From Erysipelothrix larvae (GTDB lineage: Bacteria; Bacillota_I; Bacilli_A; Erysipelotrichales; Erysipelotrichaceae), in contig NZ_CP013213.1 of the NCBI RefSeq assembly GCF_001545095.1, positions 1,710,001 through 1,742,000 on the forward strand: a stretch of DNA of 32,000 nucleotides, given 5' to 3'. Each line of letters starts with the position of its first letter. The first letter of the stretch is position 1. The position numbers and the translations under genes were made by a program. The notes under the pieces were generated by a model. The model did no database searches, was not told the origin of the DNA, and saw only the letters and a list, made by a program, of their open reading frames with translations. Shown in pieces: positions 8,400 to 16,917 of this stretch.

Positions 8400-11036
8400 T
8401 TATTTTGCTTTTGGTTTTGCATAATATGATTTGTTTAAAATTTCAATCATATCTGTAACAATTGGCAAGCGTGGGTTACATGGTGAACATTGATCCTCGT
8501 ATGCAAGGTATGCAACTTCTTCCTTGTGTGCTTCGAAGTCTTCAACAGCAATTCCTTGTTCTTGAAGGTTCATCACAATTCCACAACGCTCTGCAAGGTC
8601 ATGACATGCTTTTGCATAGCTTTCAACACCTTCTTCAACAGTGTCTGCTTTGAGTCCTAAGATACGTGCTAACTCAGCATAGCGCTCATTTGCACGGTAT
8701 ACATTGTACTTAGGCCATAGTGATGGTTTTTCTGGTTGTGTTCCGTTGTAACGAATTACATGAGGCATCAAGATTGCATTGATACGTCCGTGAGGTACAT
8801 GCCAACGTCCACCGATCTTATGTGCAAGTGAGTGGTTGATTCCTAAGAATGCGTTCCCAAACGCCATCCCTGCAAGTGTTGATGCATTATGCATTTTTTC
8901 ACGTGCTTCAAGATCGTTTTTACCATCTTTAACTGCGCGCTCTAAGTATTCAAATACCATCTTAACAGCTTGAACGCAGAGTCCATCTGTAAAGTCGCTT
9001 GCGAAGTTTGAAACAAATGCTTCAGTAGCATGTGTTAATACGTCTAACCCTGTATCTGCAGTTACAGATGCTGGTAGGTTTGTGGTAAAGATTGGGTCTA
9101 CGATTGCGATTTGAGGTACCATAGCGTAGTCAGCCAATGGATACTTCTTGTTTTCTTTCTTGTCTGTGATAACAGCAAATGGTGTTACTTCACTACCTGT
9201 ACCAGATGTTGTTGGGATACATACCATTTTCGCTTTACGCCCAAGTTCAGGATATTTGAATGCACGTTTACGGATATCGATGAATTTTTGTTTTAGATCA
9301 TTGAAGTCGATATCTGGTTGTTCATAGAAGATCCACATACCCTTCGCAGCATCCATTGGTGATCCACCACCAAGTGCGATGATTGTATCTGGTTTAAATG
9401 ATTGCATCATTTCGAATCCTTTACGTACTGTTTCGATTGATGGATCTGGTTCAACATCTGTAAACAATTGGATGGATACAGCGTCTCTACGTTTGTTGAG
9501 TTGATCAATGATCACGTTTGTGAATCCTAAGTTAACCATTGATTGGTCTGCTACGATGAATACACGTTCAACATCAACCATTTCTGTTAGGTAACGAATT
9601 GAGTTTCTTTCGAAGTAAATCTTTTGTGGAACTTTGAACCATTGCATATTGTTGTTACGTCTCCCTATCTTCTTAATGTTTAATAAGTGAACTGCACTAA
9701 CATTATCGCCAACTGAGTTATGACCATATGATCCACAACCAAGTGTTAATGAAGGGATGAATTCGTTGTATACGTTTCCGATTCCACCAAATGTTGATGG
9801 TGAGTTCCAGATAATACGAATTGCAGGTACTGCTTTACCAAAACGCTCTGAGATTTCTTTTGATTTTGTATGAACTGCTGCAGAGTGTCCTAGTCCATTA
9901 AATTCAACCATTTCTTTTGAAAGGCGAATTCCATCGTCGGTATCCTTCGCTTGGATTACTGCTAATACTGGAGAAAGTTTTTCACGAGTGAGTACTTCTT
10001 GAGGTCCAACAGACTTACATTCTGCAGCAAGAATTGATGTATTTGCAGGAACTGTGATTCCAGCTTGTTCAGCAAGCCATGTTGCATCGCGTCCTACGAT
10101 TGCAGGATTCAATACAGCATCTTTAAAGTTTTCGTCAACTGAAGCAACTCCGAATAGGAAGCGTTCGAGTTTCGCTTTTTCTTCTTTATTTACAAAGTAT
10201 ACGCCATACTTCTTAAGACCATCGCATACTTGTTTGTACACTTCTTTATCAGCGATTACAGCTTGTTCAGAAGCACAGATCATCCCGTTATCAAATGCTT
10301 TTGATAATGCGATATCGTTCACTGCTTGGGCGATGTCTGCAGATTTTTCGATGTATGCAGGTACGTTACCAGCTCCAACTCCAAGTGCAGGTTTACCACA
10401 TGAGTAAGCAGCGTGTACCATTGCGTTACCACCTGTTGCAAGAATTGTCGCAACGCCTTCATGTTTCATTAATTGGTCTGTTTTTTCTTTTGATCCACGT
10501 TCAATCCATTGCACACAGTTTTCAGGAGCACCTGCTTTAACCGCAGCATCTAATACTACTTTTGCAGCAGCAACTGAACATTGTTGTGCAGATGGGTGGA
10601 ATGAGAAGATAATTGGGTTACGTGTCTTTAAACAAATTAGAGATTTAAAGATTGCTGTTGATGTTGGGTTTGTTACTGGAGTAATACCACATACAACACC
10701 AACTGGTTCAGCGATTTGAGTAATTCCTGTTACTTCATCTTCATGAATGATTCCAACAGTTTTTAAGTTACGCATATTATTTGTTACGTATTCAGTAGCA
10801 AACATGTTTTTTGTCGCTTTATCTTCGAATACACCACGTTTTGTTTCTTCAACTGCTAACTTAGCAAGTGTTCCGTGGGCATCAATCGCAGCGATACATG
10901 CCTTAGCTACAATGTAATCTATTTTCTCTTGATCGAGCTCCATGAACTCTTGGAGGGCTTTTTGACCCTTCTCAACGAGTACATCGACTTCGTTATCAAT
11001 TTTTACTTCTTGTACTTTATCTACTTTTTTCGTCAT
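8400..11036 (-). CDS. adhE: Bifunctional acetaldehyde-CoA/alcohol dehydrogenase
   Basis: 878 aa. N-terminal aldehyde dehydrogenase half (ATGGNAMV, CASEQ active-site Cys context). C-terminal iron-type ADH half (GGGSPMDAAK, His-rich metal site HSLAHKIGGRWHVPHG). AAGGAG RBS. Confidence 0.97.
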   Translation of the reverse strand: MTKKVDKVQEVKIDNEVDVLVEKGQKALQEFMELDQEKIDYIVAKACIAAIDAHGTLAKLAVEETKRGVFEDKATKNMFATEYVTNNMRNLKTVGIIHEDEVTGITQIAEPVGVVCGITPVTNPTSTAIFKSLICLKTRNPIIFSFHPSAQQCSVAAAKVVLDAAVKAGAPENCVQWIERGSKEKTDQLMKHEGVATILATGGNAMVHAAYSCGKPALGVGAGNVPAYIEKSADIAQAVNDIALSKAFDNGMICASEQAVIADKEVYKQVCDGLKKYGVYFVNKEEKAKLERFLFGVASVDENFKDAVLNPAIVGRDATWLAEQAGITVPANTSILAAECKSVGPQEVLTREKLSPVLAVIQAKDTDDGIRLSKEMVEFNGLGHSAAVHTKSKEISERFGKAVPAIRIIWNSPSTFGGIGNVYNEFIPSLTLGCGSYGHNSVGDNVSAVHLLNIKKIGRRNNNMQWFKVPQKIYFERNSIRYLTEMVDVERVFIVADQSMVNLGFTNVIIDQLNKRRDAVSIQLFTDVEPDPSIETVRKGFEMMQSFKPDTIIALGGGSPMDAAKGMWIFYEQPDIDFNDLKQKFIDIRKRAFKYPELGRKAKMVCIPTTSGTGSEVTPFAVITDKKENKKYPLADYAMVPQIAIVDPIFTTNLPASVTADTGLDVLTHATEAFVSNFASDFTDGLCVQAVKMVFEYLERAVKDGKNDLEAREKMHNASTLAGMAFGNAFLGINHSLAHKIGGRWHVPHGRINAILMPHVIRYNGTQPEKPSLWPKYNVYRANERYAELARILGLKADTVEEGVESYAKACHDLAERCGIVMNLQEQGIAVEDFEAHKEEVAYLAYEDQCSPCNPRLPIVTDMIEILNKSYYAKPKAK

Positions 11037-11218
11037 ACTTTGTCTCCTTGTTAATCAATTCACTAGTATCATATCAGTTATTATTTTTTTCACAAATAAT
11101 ATATGCAAATTAATTCGCATATTTTTTACAATTTTTTCCATGTAAGAATTGTAACCGCTTTGCTTGTGAAAAATATCACTTGTTTTGTTATTCTTTATGT
11201 TTTCATCACAGAAATCAT

Positions 11219-12052
11219 TTATACCTCAATGGTAGTACTCCAATTTTTTTGTGATTGTGGCTCAATCTTTTCAATACCAAATTTATGATTTAGGATTTTA
11301 TCATGATCGATCCGATCCCCAAATCCTGCCCATGGTTCCAAGCAAACAAACGGTGCTTGGGTTCCATCTTCAAGGGTTGGTGTCCAAATTCCAAGATGTG
11401 GATATGAGCGTACATCCATCGCAAGCTTACGTTTTCCATCATGAAGGATTACACGGTGTACTTCTTCAAATACCAAGGTCATGTTTTCATACGTCATCAT
11501 ATCAAAATCAACACGATACCCATCGAATTCAGTTTCACCATTACAATACGGTCCATCAAAGGTATATTGTTTAAATGGCTTAGGTCCTTGTAATTCAATA
11601 TATGCGTCTTTTGATTCGACGATAAATGCCGGATGATATCCAAAGCTGTAATACATATCTGTTTCCCCTGCGTTAACAATGGTCGCATCGATTAATAAAT
11701 TTCTTCCCAATAATGTATAGGCTATAATCACCTCAAAATCAAAAGGATATACTTCACGGGTCTTATCATTACTCATGAATTTTAGTGTACATGCTGTTTC
11801 AGTTTGATCCTCTACGCTAAAATCACTGTCTCGTAGGAACCCGTGTTGAGATAATGGGTAGGTTTTCCCGTCAACACTGTATTCATTATCTAGAAGACGT
11901 CCTACAATCGGAAATAAAAATGGTGCCACACGATTCCACCATGTTGCATCTTTATTCCATAAAATCGATTTCCCATCCACTGTAATGGATTCCAAACTTG
12001 CACCTTTAACAGTAATTTCTGCGATTACTTCATTATTTCTAATTTTAATCAT
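11219..12052 (-). CDS. Aldose 1-epimerase family protein (LacX/YihR-like)
   Basis: 277 aa. The motifs FLFPIVGRL, YPLSQHGFLR, FGYHPAF and CLEPW are characteristic of the small aldose-epimerase family. AAGGAGG RBS. Confidence 0.85.
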   Translation of the reverse strand: MIKIRNNEVIAEITVKGASLESITVDGKSILWNKDATWWNRVAPFLFPIVGRLLDNEYSVDGKTYPLSQHGFLRDSDFSVEDQTETACTLKFMSNDKTREVYPFDFEVIIAYTLLGRNLLIDATIVNAGETDMYYSFGYHPAFIVESKDAYIELQGPKPFKQYTFDGPYCNGETEFDGYRVDFDMMTYENMTLVFEEVHRVILHDGKRKLAMDVRSYPHLGIWTPTLEDGTQAPFVCLEPWAGFGDRIDHDKILNHKFGIEKIEPQSQKNWSTTIEV

Positions 12053-12246
12053 TGGTTCCTCCTTATATATTCACAATTATAATTATATAGGAATTACCTA
12101 GGTAACACTATGGTTTTCATAAACTCTTCACGATGATTCACAAAGATTTCGTATACATTTCAAGTAATTTTATGATACAGAAAAAAAATATTCACACTTT
12201 TGTTTATATCGAGATAATTTCATAAATGATGAGTTCTTCATAATAT

Positions 12247-12320
12247 CCTTACAGGAATTGCCTTATTCAAATAAAAATGAATACACTAAACAACAGATAA
12301 ACAAGGCAATTCTTATAAAG
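12247..12320. repeat. Inverted-repeat element, copy A: arms CCTTACAGGAATTGCCTT / AAGGCAATTCTTATAAAG around a ~38-nt loop
   Basis: The arms are complementary over ~14-17 bp. A second copy with near-identical arms and an unrelated loop is at 21699-21766. Both lie just downstream of a paralog gene and its terminator. Confidence 0.7.
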
Positions 12321-12347
12321 ACACTATAGACCTATTTGGGATAAAAC

Positions 12348-12387
12348 AATAAAGGAGCATAGTAGAAATCTAGTATGCTCCTTTATT
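12348..12387 (-). terminator. Terminator of paralog 2
   Basis: AATAAAGGAGCAT...ATGCTCCTTTATT stem followed, on the minus strand, by T-rich TTTATTGTTTTAT. It is homologous to the weaker hairpin at 21829-21851. Confidence 0.7.
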
Positions 12388-12414
12388 GATTAATGCTTTT
12401 TGATGATTGTTGTA

Positions 12415-14283
12415 TTAATCGCCAATTGAGATCCAAAGTCCTGGACGAACATAGCAAGGCTGATCATACGGTTTACTACTTCCTGGTTTACCATCACTAT
12501 AGATATTTGCGGCAACGAACGAGCTATTAGCTGGGCTTCGCAACCATGAAGACAATCCATCAACGATAGTCGCAGGAGCTATTTCATAATAATTTATATC
12601 TGAAACACTCAGAGCAAATGCAGTCTTAGTACCTGTTTGGCTAACATAAGAGTATGCGTAATCCTTAGTTTTCCAATCGGTGTATATACCCTCATCTTCT
12701 TCTACTTCATAATTTGCTGGAAGAACATAAGCATTGTCTGTATGACTCTTGATGTAATTGTTGTAATACTTTTCATTTACTTCTTCAAGATATGAACCCT
12801 CATAACCTTGATAATTAGCGCCTGTTTTGTTGAATCGAACTTTTCCACTAGAGTGCTCAAATCCCATGGATTGGATAACACTTGCTGAGAGAATATCACC
12901 GAGTAAAAGCGCAGTCTTATTTTGGGCATCAACATACACTATTGTATATATATGTCCAGCGAAGTTAATTGAATCTCCGACTTTCTTGTTTCCAAGATCA
13001 AAACCAGGTGCTTCAGCTTTTGGTTCGACATTTTTAATTGCATCTTCAAGGTCTTCAATCGCTTTGATAACATCTTCGATTGTTGTATTTGGATTATCAT
13101 ATGTGTTTTCGCCATTTTCGATAGCATTTTGAAGTTTATCACCAGACTCATCCGTTAATGTATCTTGATCAATTAGTTTTGCTTCATCAAGAAGGTCTTG
13201 AAGTTCTTGAAGTAAGTCTTCTAAGGTTTTGTTGTTAGAAGATCCTGGTGTTTTGATGTCTTCAAGCATATCGATGATATCAGAGTTTCCATCGGTCCAT
13301 AGTTTCAAGTCGTCTTGAGATACTGCATCCATTGATACATTGATTTGGTAGTTAGCAGTTCCTGTAGGTTGTTTTACAAGAGTTACACTTTCCAAGAAAT
13401 TTGGTGTCATTGTACTTGGTATTTTCGCAACATTACTGTGTTCAAGTGCTTGTCCCCAATAAACATATCCTTGATCACTAGTTGTGTCGATAATCCATTT
13501 CGCAACAGGTTGTTTTCCACCAGCAACCCATTCTTGAAGTGTGATTACTTCGCTACCCAATTGCCACTTAACATACTCATCAAATGGTGATTCAACGCCA
13601 TCCCACTTCTTAATTGTATATGTGCTTTGATCATTTTGCGCTGGTTTAACATCATGTTGTTTATCAGTGCGTGAAGAATCTGCATGATTTTCAACACCGT
13701 CTACAATTGATGTCATATCATCACCAGTTATTCCAGTTACAATATAGTTACCATATTGTCCATTAGGATCATGAGCTTGTGTTCTAATATAGTAGTATTC
13801 TTGCTTGTCAAAGTAACCTTTTAGTTTCTCAATGCGTTGATCATCTTCAAGATCATAATCATGATCGGTTAGATTCAAGGTCGCAAGGAATGCTTCTGCA
13901 GCTTCCTTTGTATCAAAACGATAGAAGTTCCCTTGAGTATCAATCATATAACGATGTCTTGTATAGACATACTCACGGCTTCCAATTTCCATGTACTCTT
14001 TGAATTGAAGACGAATAAATCCATCTTGATAAATTGCGTTGGTGTCGTTATTGTCTTCACCGTTTCGAACAGCAACACTCTTTGTAACTGCTTCACCTTT
14101 CTTCCAATTTGTAACCTCTTTAAAGTTCTCTACAAGAACAATATGATGTTCAAAATCAGCGGTACTAAAGCTGTTATTTTTATGCTGATCAAGGTTTTGC
14201 CATGCAAGTGACCCTGACAACAACAACGCGATAGCGATAGCGCCTGTCGTAAAGGTCGCTTTCTTTTTACGTGTTAGTTTCAT
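12415..14283 (-). CDS. Secreted protein, paralog 2 of 4: SipW-class leader, N-domain, FIVAR-like helical module, DUF6273-like C-domain
   Basis: The ORF track starts at GTG 14301, but that extension (GTGTTAAGGAGGAGAAAG) is itself the SD sequence. I call ATG 14283 (MKLTRKKKATFTTGAIAIALLLSGSLAWQNLDQHKNNSFST). C-terminus ...TAFALSVSDINYYE...SSWLRSP...VRPGLWISIGD. Confidence 0.85.
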   Translation of the reverse strand: MKLTRKKKATFTTGAIAIALLLSGSLAWQNLDQHKNNSFSTADFEHHIVLVENFKEVTNWKKGEAVTKSVAVRNGEDNNDTNAIYQDGFIRLQFKEYMEIGSREYVYTRHRYMIDTQGNFYRFDTKEAAEAFLATLNLTDHDYDLEDDQRIEKLKGYFDKQEYYYIRTQAHDPNGQYGNYIVTGITGDDMTSIVDGVENHADSSRTDKQHDVKPAQNDQSTYTIKKWDGVESPFDEYVKWQLGSEVITLQEWVAGGKQPVAKWIIDTTSDQGYVYWGQALEHSNVAKIPSTMTPNFLESVTLVKQPTGTANYQINVSMDAVSQDDLKLWTDGNSDIIDMLEDIKTPGSSNNKTLEDLLQELQDLLDEAKLIDQDTLTDESGDKLQNAIENGENTYDNPNTTIEDVIKAIEDLEDAIKNVEPKAEAPGFDLGNKKVGDSINFAGHIYTIVYVDAQNKTALLLGDILSASVIQSMGFEHSSGKVRFNKTGANYQGYEGSYLEEVNEKYYNNYIKSHTDNAYVLPANYEVEEDEGIYTDWKTKDYAYSYVSQTGTKTAFALSVSDINYYEIAPATIVDGLSSWLRSPANSSFVAANIYSDGKPGSSKPYDQPCYVRPGLWISIGD

Positions 14284-14367
14284 CTTTCTCCTCCTTAACA
14301 CTGGTACTGCTGGACGTGTCCTGCAAGTAAAACCATCTTACCAAGTGCATGATTTGAAAAAATAATA
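13264..14367. repeat. Tandem direct repeat, copy A (~1.1 kb; 5' two-thirds of paralog 2 plus leader and promoter)
   Basis: It aligns without gaps to 15463-16566 at a constant offset of 2,199 bp. The encoded ~340 aa differ at 9 positions by my count. Identity collapses outside these bounds. Confidence 0.9.
14335..14343 (-). promoter_or_regulatory. Extended -10 promoter TGGTAAGAT for paralog 2
   Basis: The minus strand reads acTTGGTAAGATgg, exactly 51 nt upstream of ATG 14283. The same element sits at 16534-16542. Confidence 0.55.
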
Positions 14368-14780
14368 AAAATTATTCCAGAGGAAAATATGCGTTGGATT
14401 TCGTTTGAGTACAATCATGAACGCTATTTTCTAATATTATTTCTAAATTTGGGAAATTTATATATTTTATTGATTCACTATGAAACTTACGTTATCATTC
14501 TTAACTCAAACTAAATAAATAGAGTTATACAGAGTTAATTATTCAGAAGTCGATGTTATCTATATACAGTAAATTACGTTTGTTTTTCTTATTTCAATTG
14601 ATTAATTTCAATCAATATATAACTTCTACGCAACAGTTTACTGGTACAAATCATTGTAAACTAGCGTTTGGCATCACATCATAATCAGAATACTATCCTA
14701 TTTATAAATTTGTTGCATCTCTTTTATATTATTCAACTGGCTTGTTATAACTGTAGCTATTTTCCCCCATTCAAAATAAT

Positions 14781-14828
14781 AAAAAAGGTTCTAGCGAGAA
14801 GAGAATCATTATCCCATTCGCTACAACC
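14781..14828 (-). terminator. Terminator of paralog 3, separating the two tandem genes
   Basis: GGTTCTAGCGAG (14787-14798) pairs with TTCGCTACAACC (14817-14828) with one mismatch. On the minus strand it is followed by TTTTTTATTATTTT. Confidence 0.65.
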
Positions 14829-14859
14829 TCATATTTATTAAGAAATAGTTAATCCGTAA

Positions 14860-16482
14860 TTATCTGTCAATTGAAATCCAAAGTGCGGGACGAACCAGGT
14901 TTATGTGATTAAACACTTGTCCTGCATATAGCTTACCATCCGTGTATATAGTTCCAGCTTGATCAACATCGCCACCCGGACTGCGAAGCCACGAACCAGT
15001 ACCATCTGCGAGATATACATCAGTCATTTTATAATAATTTATGTCCGAAACTGCTAATGCAAATGCAGTTTTTAGACCATTTTCGTGAATGTAAGAAAAC
15101 TTATCGTTCTTCACATTCCAATTACTTGGGTCGAATCCTTCTACTTGAAATATAGCTGGAAGAACGAATACATTGTCTTCGTGTGTAGAAACCTTCACCT
15201 CATAAAATTTGTCGATAACTTGTTTCAAATAAGATTCTTCGTACCCATCATATTCATCATTCGTTAGAATGTAACGGATTTCTCCACCATAATTGATAAT
15301 ATTCATCTCATTAAGAATATTCCCAGGGATAAAATCTCCTAAGATTAAGGCCGTTCTGTTTTTTTCGTCTATATATTCAATTGTGTATTCATGATCCGCA
15401 AAGATTATTTTATCACCTACACCCTTATCATCAATACTAAACCCTGGTGTTTGGTCTCCCCCAAGCATATCAATGATATCAGGATTTCCATCTATCCATA
15501 GTTTCAAGTCATCTTGAGATACTGCATCCATTGATACATTGATTTGGTAGTTAGCAGTTCCTGTAGGTTGTTTTACAAGTGTTACACTTTCCAAGAAATT
15601 TGGTGTCATTGTACTTGGTATTTTCGCAACATTACTGTGTTCAAGTGCTTGTCCCCAATAAACATATCCTTGATCACTATTTGTGTCGATAATCCATTTC
15701 GCAACAGGTTGTTTTCCACCAGCAATCCATTCTTGAAGTGTGATTACTTCGCTACCCAATTGCCACTTAACATACTCATCAAATGGTGATTCAACGCCAT
15801 CCCACTTCTTAATTGTATATGTGCTTTGATCATTTTGCGCTGGTTTAACATCATGTTGTTTATCAGTGCGTGAAGAATCTGCATGATTTTCAACACCGTC
15901 TACAATTGATGTCATATCATCACCAGTTATTCCAGTTACAATATAGTTACCATATTGTCCATTAGGATCATGAGCTTGTGTTCTAATATAGTAGTATTCT
16001 TGCTTGTCAAAGTAACCTTTTAGTTTCTCAATGCGTTGATCATCTTCAAGATCATAATCATGATCGGTTAGATTCAAGGTCGCAAGGAATGATTCTGCAG
16101 CTTCCTTTGTATCAAAACGATAGAAGTTCCCTTGAGTATCAATCATATAACGATGTCTTGTGTAGACATACTCACGGCTTCCAATTTCCATGTACTCTTT
16201 GAATTGAAGACGAATAAATCCATCTTGATAAATTGCGTTGGTGTCGTTATTGTCTTCACCGTTTCGAACAGCAACACTCTTTGTAACTGCTTCACCTTTC
16301 TTCCAATTTGTAACCTCTGTAAAGTTCTCTACAAGAACAATATGATGTTCAAAATTAGCAGTGCTAAAGCTGTTGTTTTTATGCTGATTAAGGTTTTGCC
16401 ATGCAAGTGACCCTGACAACAACAACGCGATAGCGATAGCGCCTGTCGTAAAGGTCGCTTTCTTTTTACGTGTTAGTATCAT
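14860..16482 (-). CDS. Secreted protein, paralog 3 of 4: SipW-class leader, N-domain, DUF6273-like C-domain, no helical module
   Basis: Start corrected from GTG 16500 to ATG 16482 (MILTRKKKATF...). The N-terminal ~340 aa are near-identical to paralog 2. C-terminus ...TAFALAVSDINYYK...GSWLRSPGG...VRPALWISIDR. Confidence 0.85.
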   Translation of the reverse strand: MILTRKKKATFTTGAIAIALLLSGSLAWQNLNQHKNNSFSTANFEHHIVLVENFTEVTNWKKGEAVTKSVAVRNGEDNNDTNAIYQDGFIRLQFKEYMEIGSREYVYTRHRYMIDTQGNFYRFDTKEAAESFLATLNLTDHDYDLEDDQRIEKLKGYFDKQEYYYIRTQAHDPNGQYGNYIVTGITGDDMTSIVDGVENHADSSRTDKQHDVKPAQNDQSTYTIKKWDGVESPFDEYVKWQLGSEVITLQEWIAGGKQPVAKWIIDTNSDQGYVYWGQALEHSNVAKIPSTMTPNFLESVTLVKQPTGTANYQINVSMDAVSQDDLKLWIDGNPDIIDMLGGDQTPGFSIDDKGVGDKIIFADHEYTIEYIDEKNRTALILGDFIPGNILNEMNIINYGGEIRYILTNDEYDGYEESYLKQVIDKFYEVKVSTHEDNVFVLPAIFQVEGFDPSNWNVKNDKFSYIHENGLKTAFALAVSDINYYKMTDVYLADGTGSWLRSPGGDVDQAGTIYTDGKLYAGQVFNHINLVRPALWISIDR

Positions 16483-16566
16483 CTTTCTCCTCCTTAACAC
16501 TAATACTGCTGGACGTGTCCTGCAAGTAAATCCATCTTACCAAGTGAATGATTCGAAAAAATAATA
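15463..16566. repeat. Tandem direct repeat, copy B
   Basis: Partner of 13264-14367. Confidence 0.9.
16534..16542 (-). promoter_or_regulatory. Extended -10 promoter TGGTAAGAT for paralog 3
   Basis: Same sequence and the same 51-nt spacing to the ATG as at 14335-14343. Confidence 0.55.
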
Positions 16567-16833
16567 TTTGTTATTTATGTTTGAAAAAAGAACGATTCAT
16601 ATTTCAAAAATAGAAAAATTAATGGTCAAAATTTGTTTGATATTTACCTTTATGGTAAGTTCCGTAGTTTTCTTTACTTATGATATGTGCTTATCTTCAA
16701 ACCTTGTCTTGAAACTAACATGAAACCCAATTTACAAGTGACATATTGTACATAATTAAGTGTTAAATAAGGAAGGCAGCAAAAAATTACGTAAAAATAG
16801 AAATTTCTAACACCAAATTGGACCTTACAATAA

Positions 16834-16842
16834 TGTTATAAT
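16834..16842 (+). promoter_or_regulatory. Candidate extended -10 promoter TGTTATAAT for regulator 2
   Basis: aaTGtTATAATc lies ~75 nt upstream of ATG 16918. No clear -35. Confidence 0.4.
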
Positions 16843-16917
16843 CTAAATATATAAAATAAATTGATATCTTTTACCTTAAGTACGATTTTAAATTGCAAAT
16901 AACAAAAGGAGATGGCG

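Noticed and set aside
14284-14301. N-terminal extension MLRRRK on three paralogs (GTG starts at 14301, 16500, 23761 in the ORF track).
   Set aside because: The extension is encoded by GTGTTAAGGAGGAGAAAG, which is a textbook Shine-Dalgarno plus spacer for the following ATG. MK(L/I)T(R/H)KKKAT is a normal signal-peptide n-region. The downstream ATG was chosen.
14309-14321. GGACGTGTCC in the paralog 2/3 leader, which looked like a palindromic operator.
   Set aside because: It is not a true palindrome: the reverse complement is GGACACGTCC. It is better explained as part of the small leader hairpin described in the findings.
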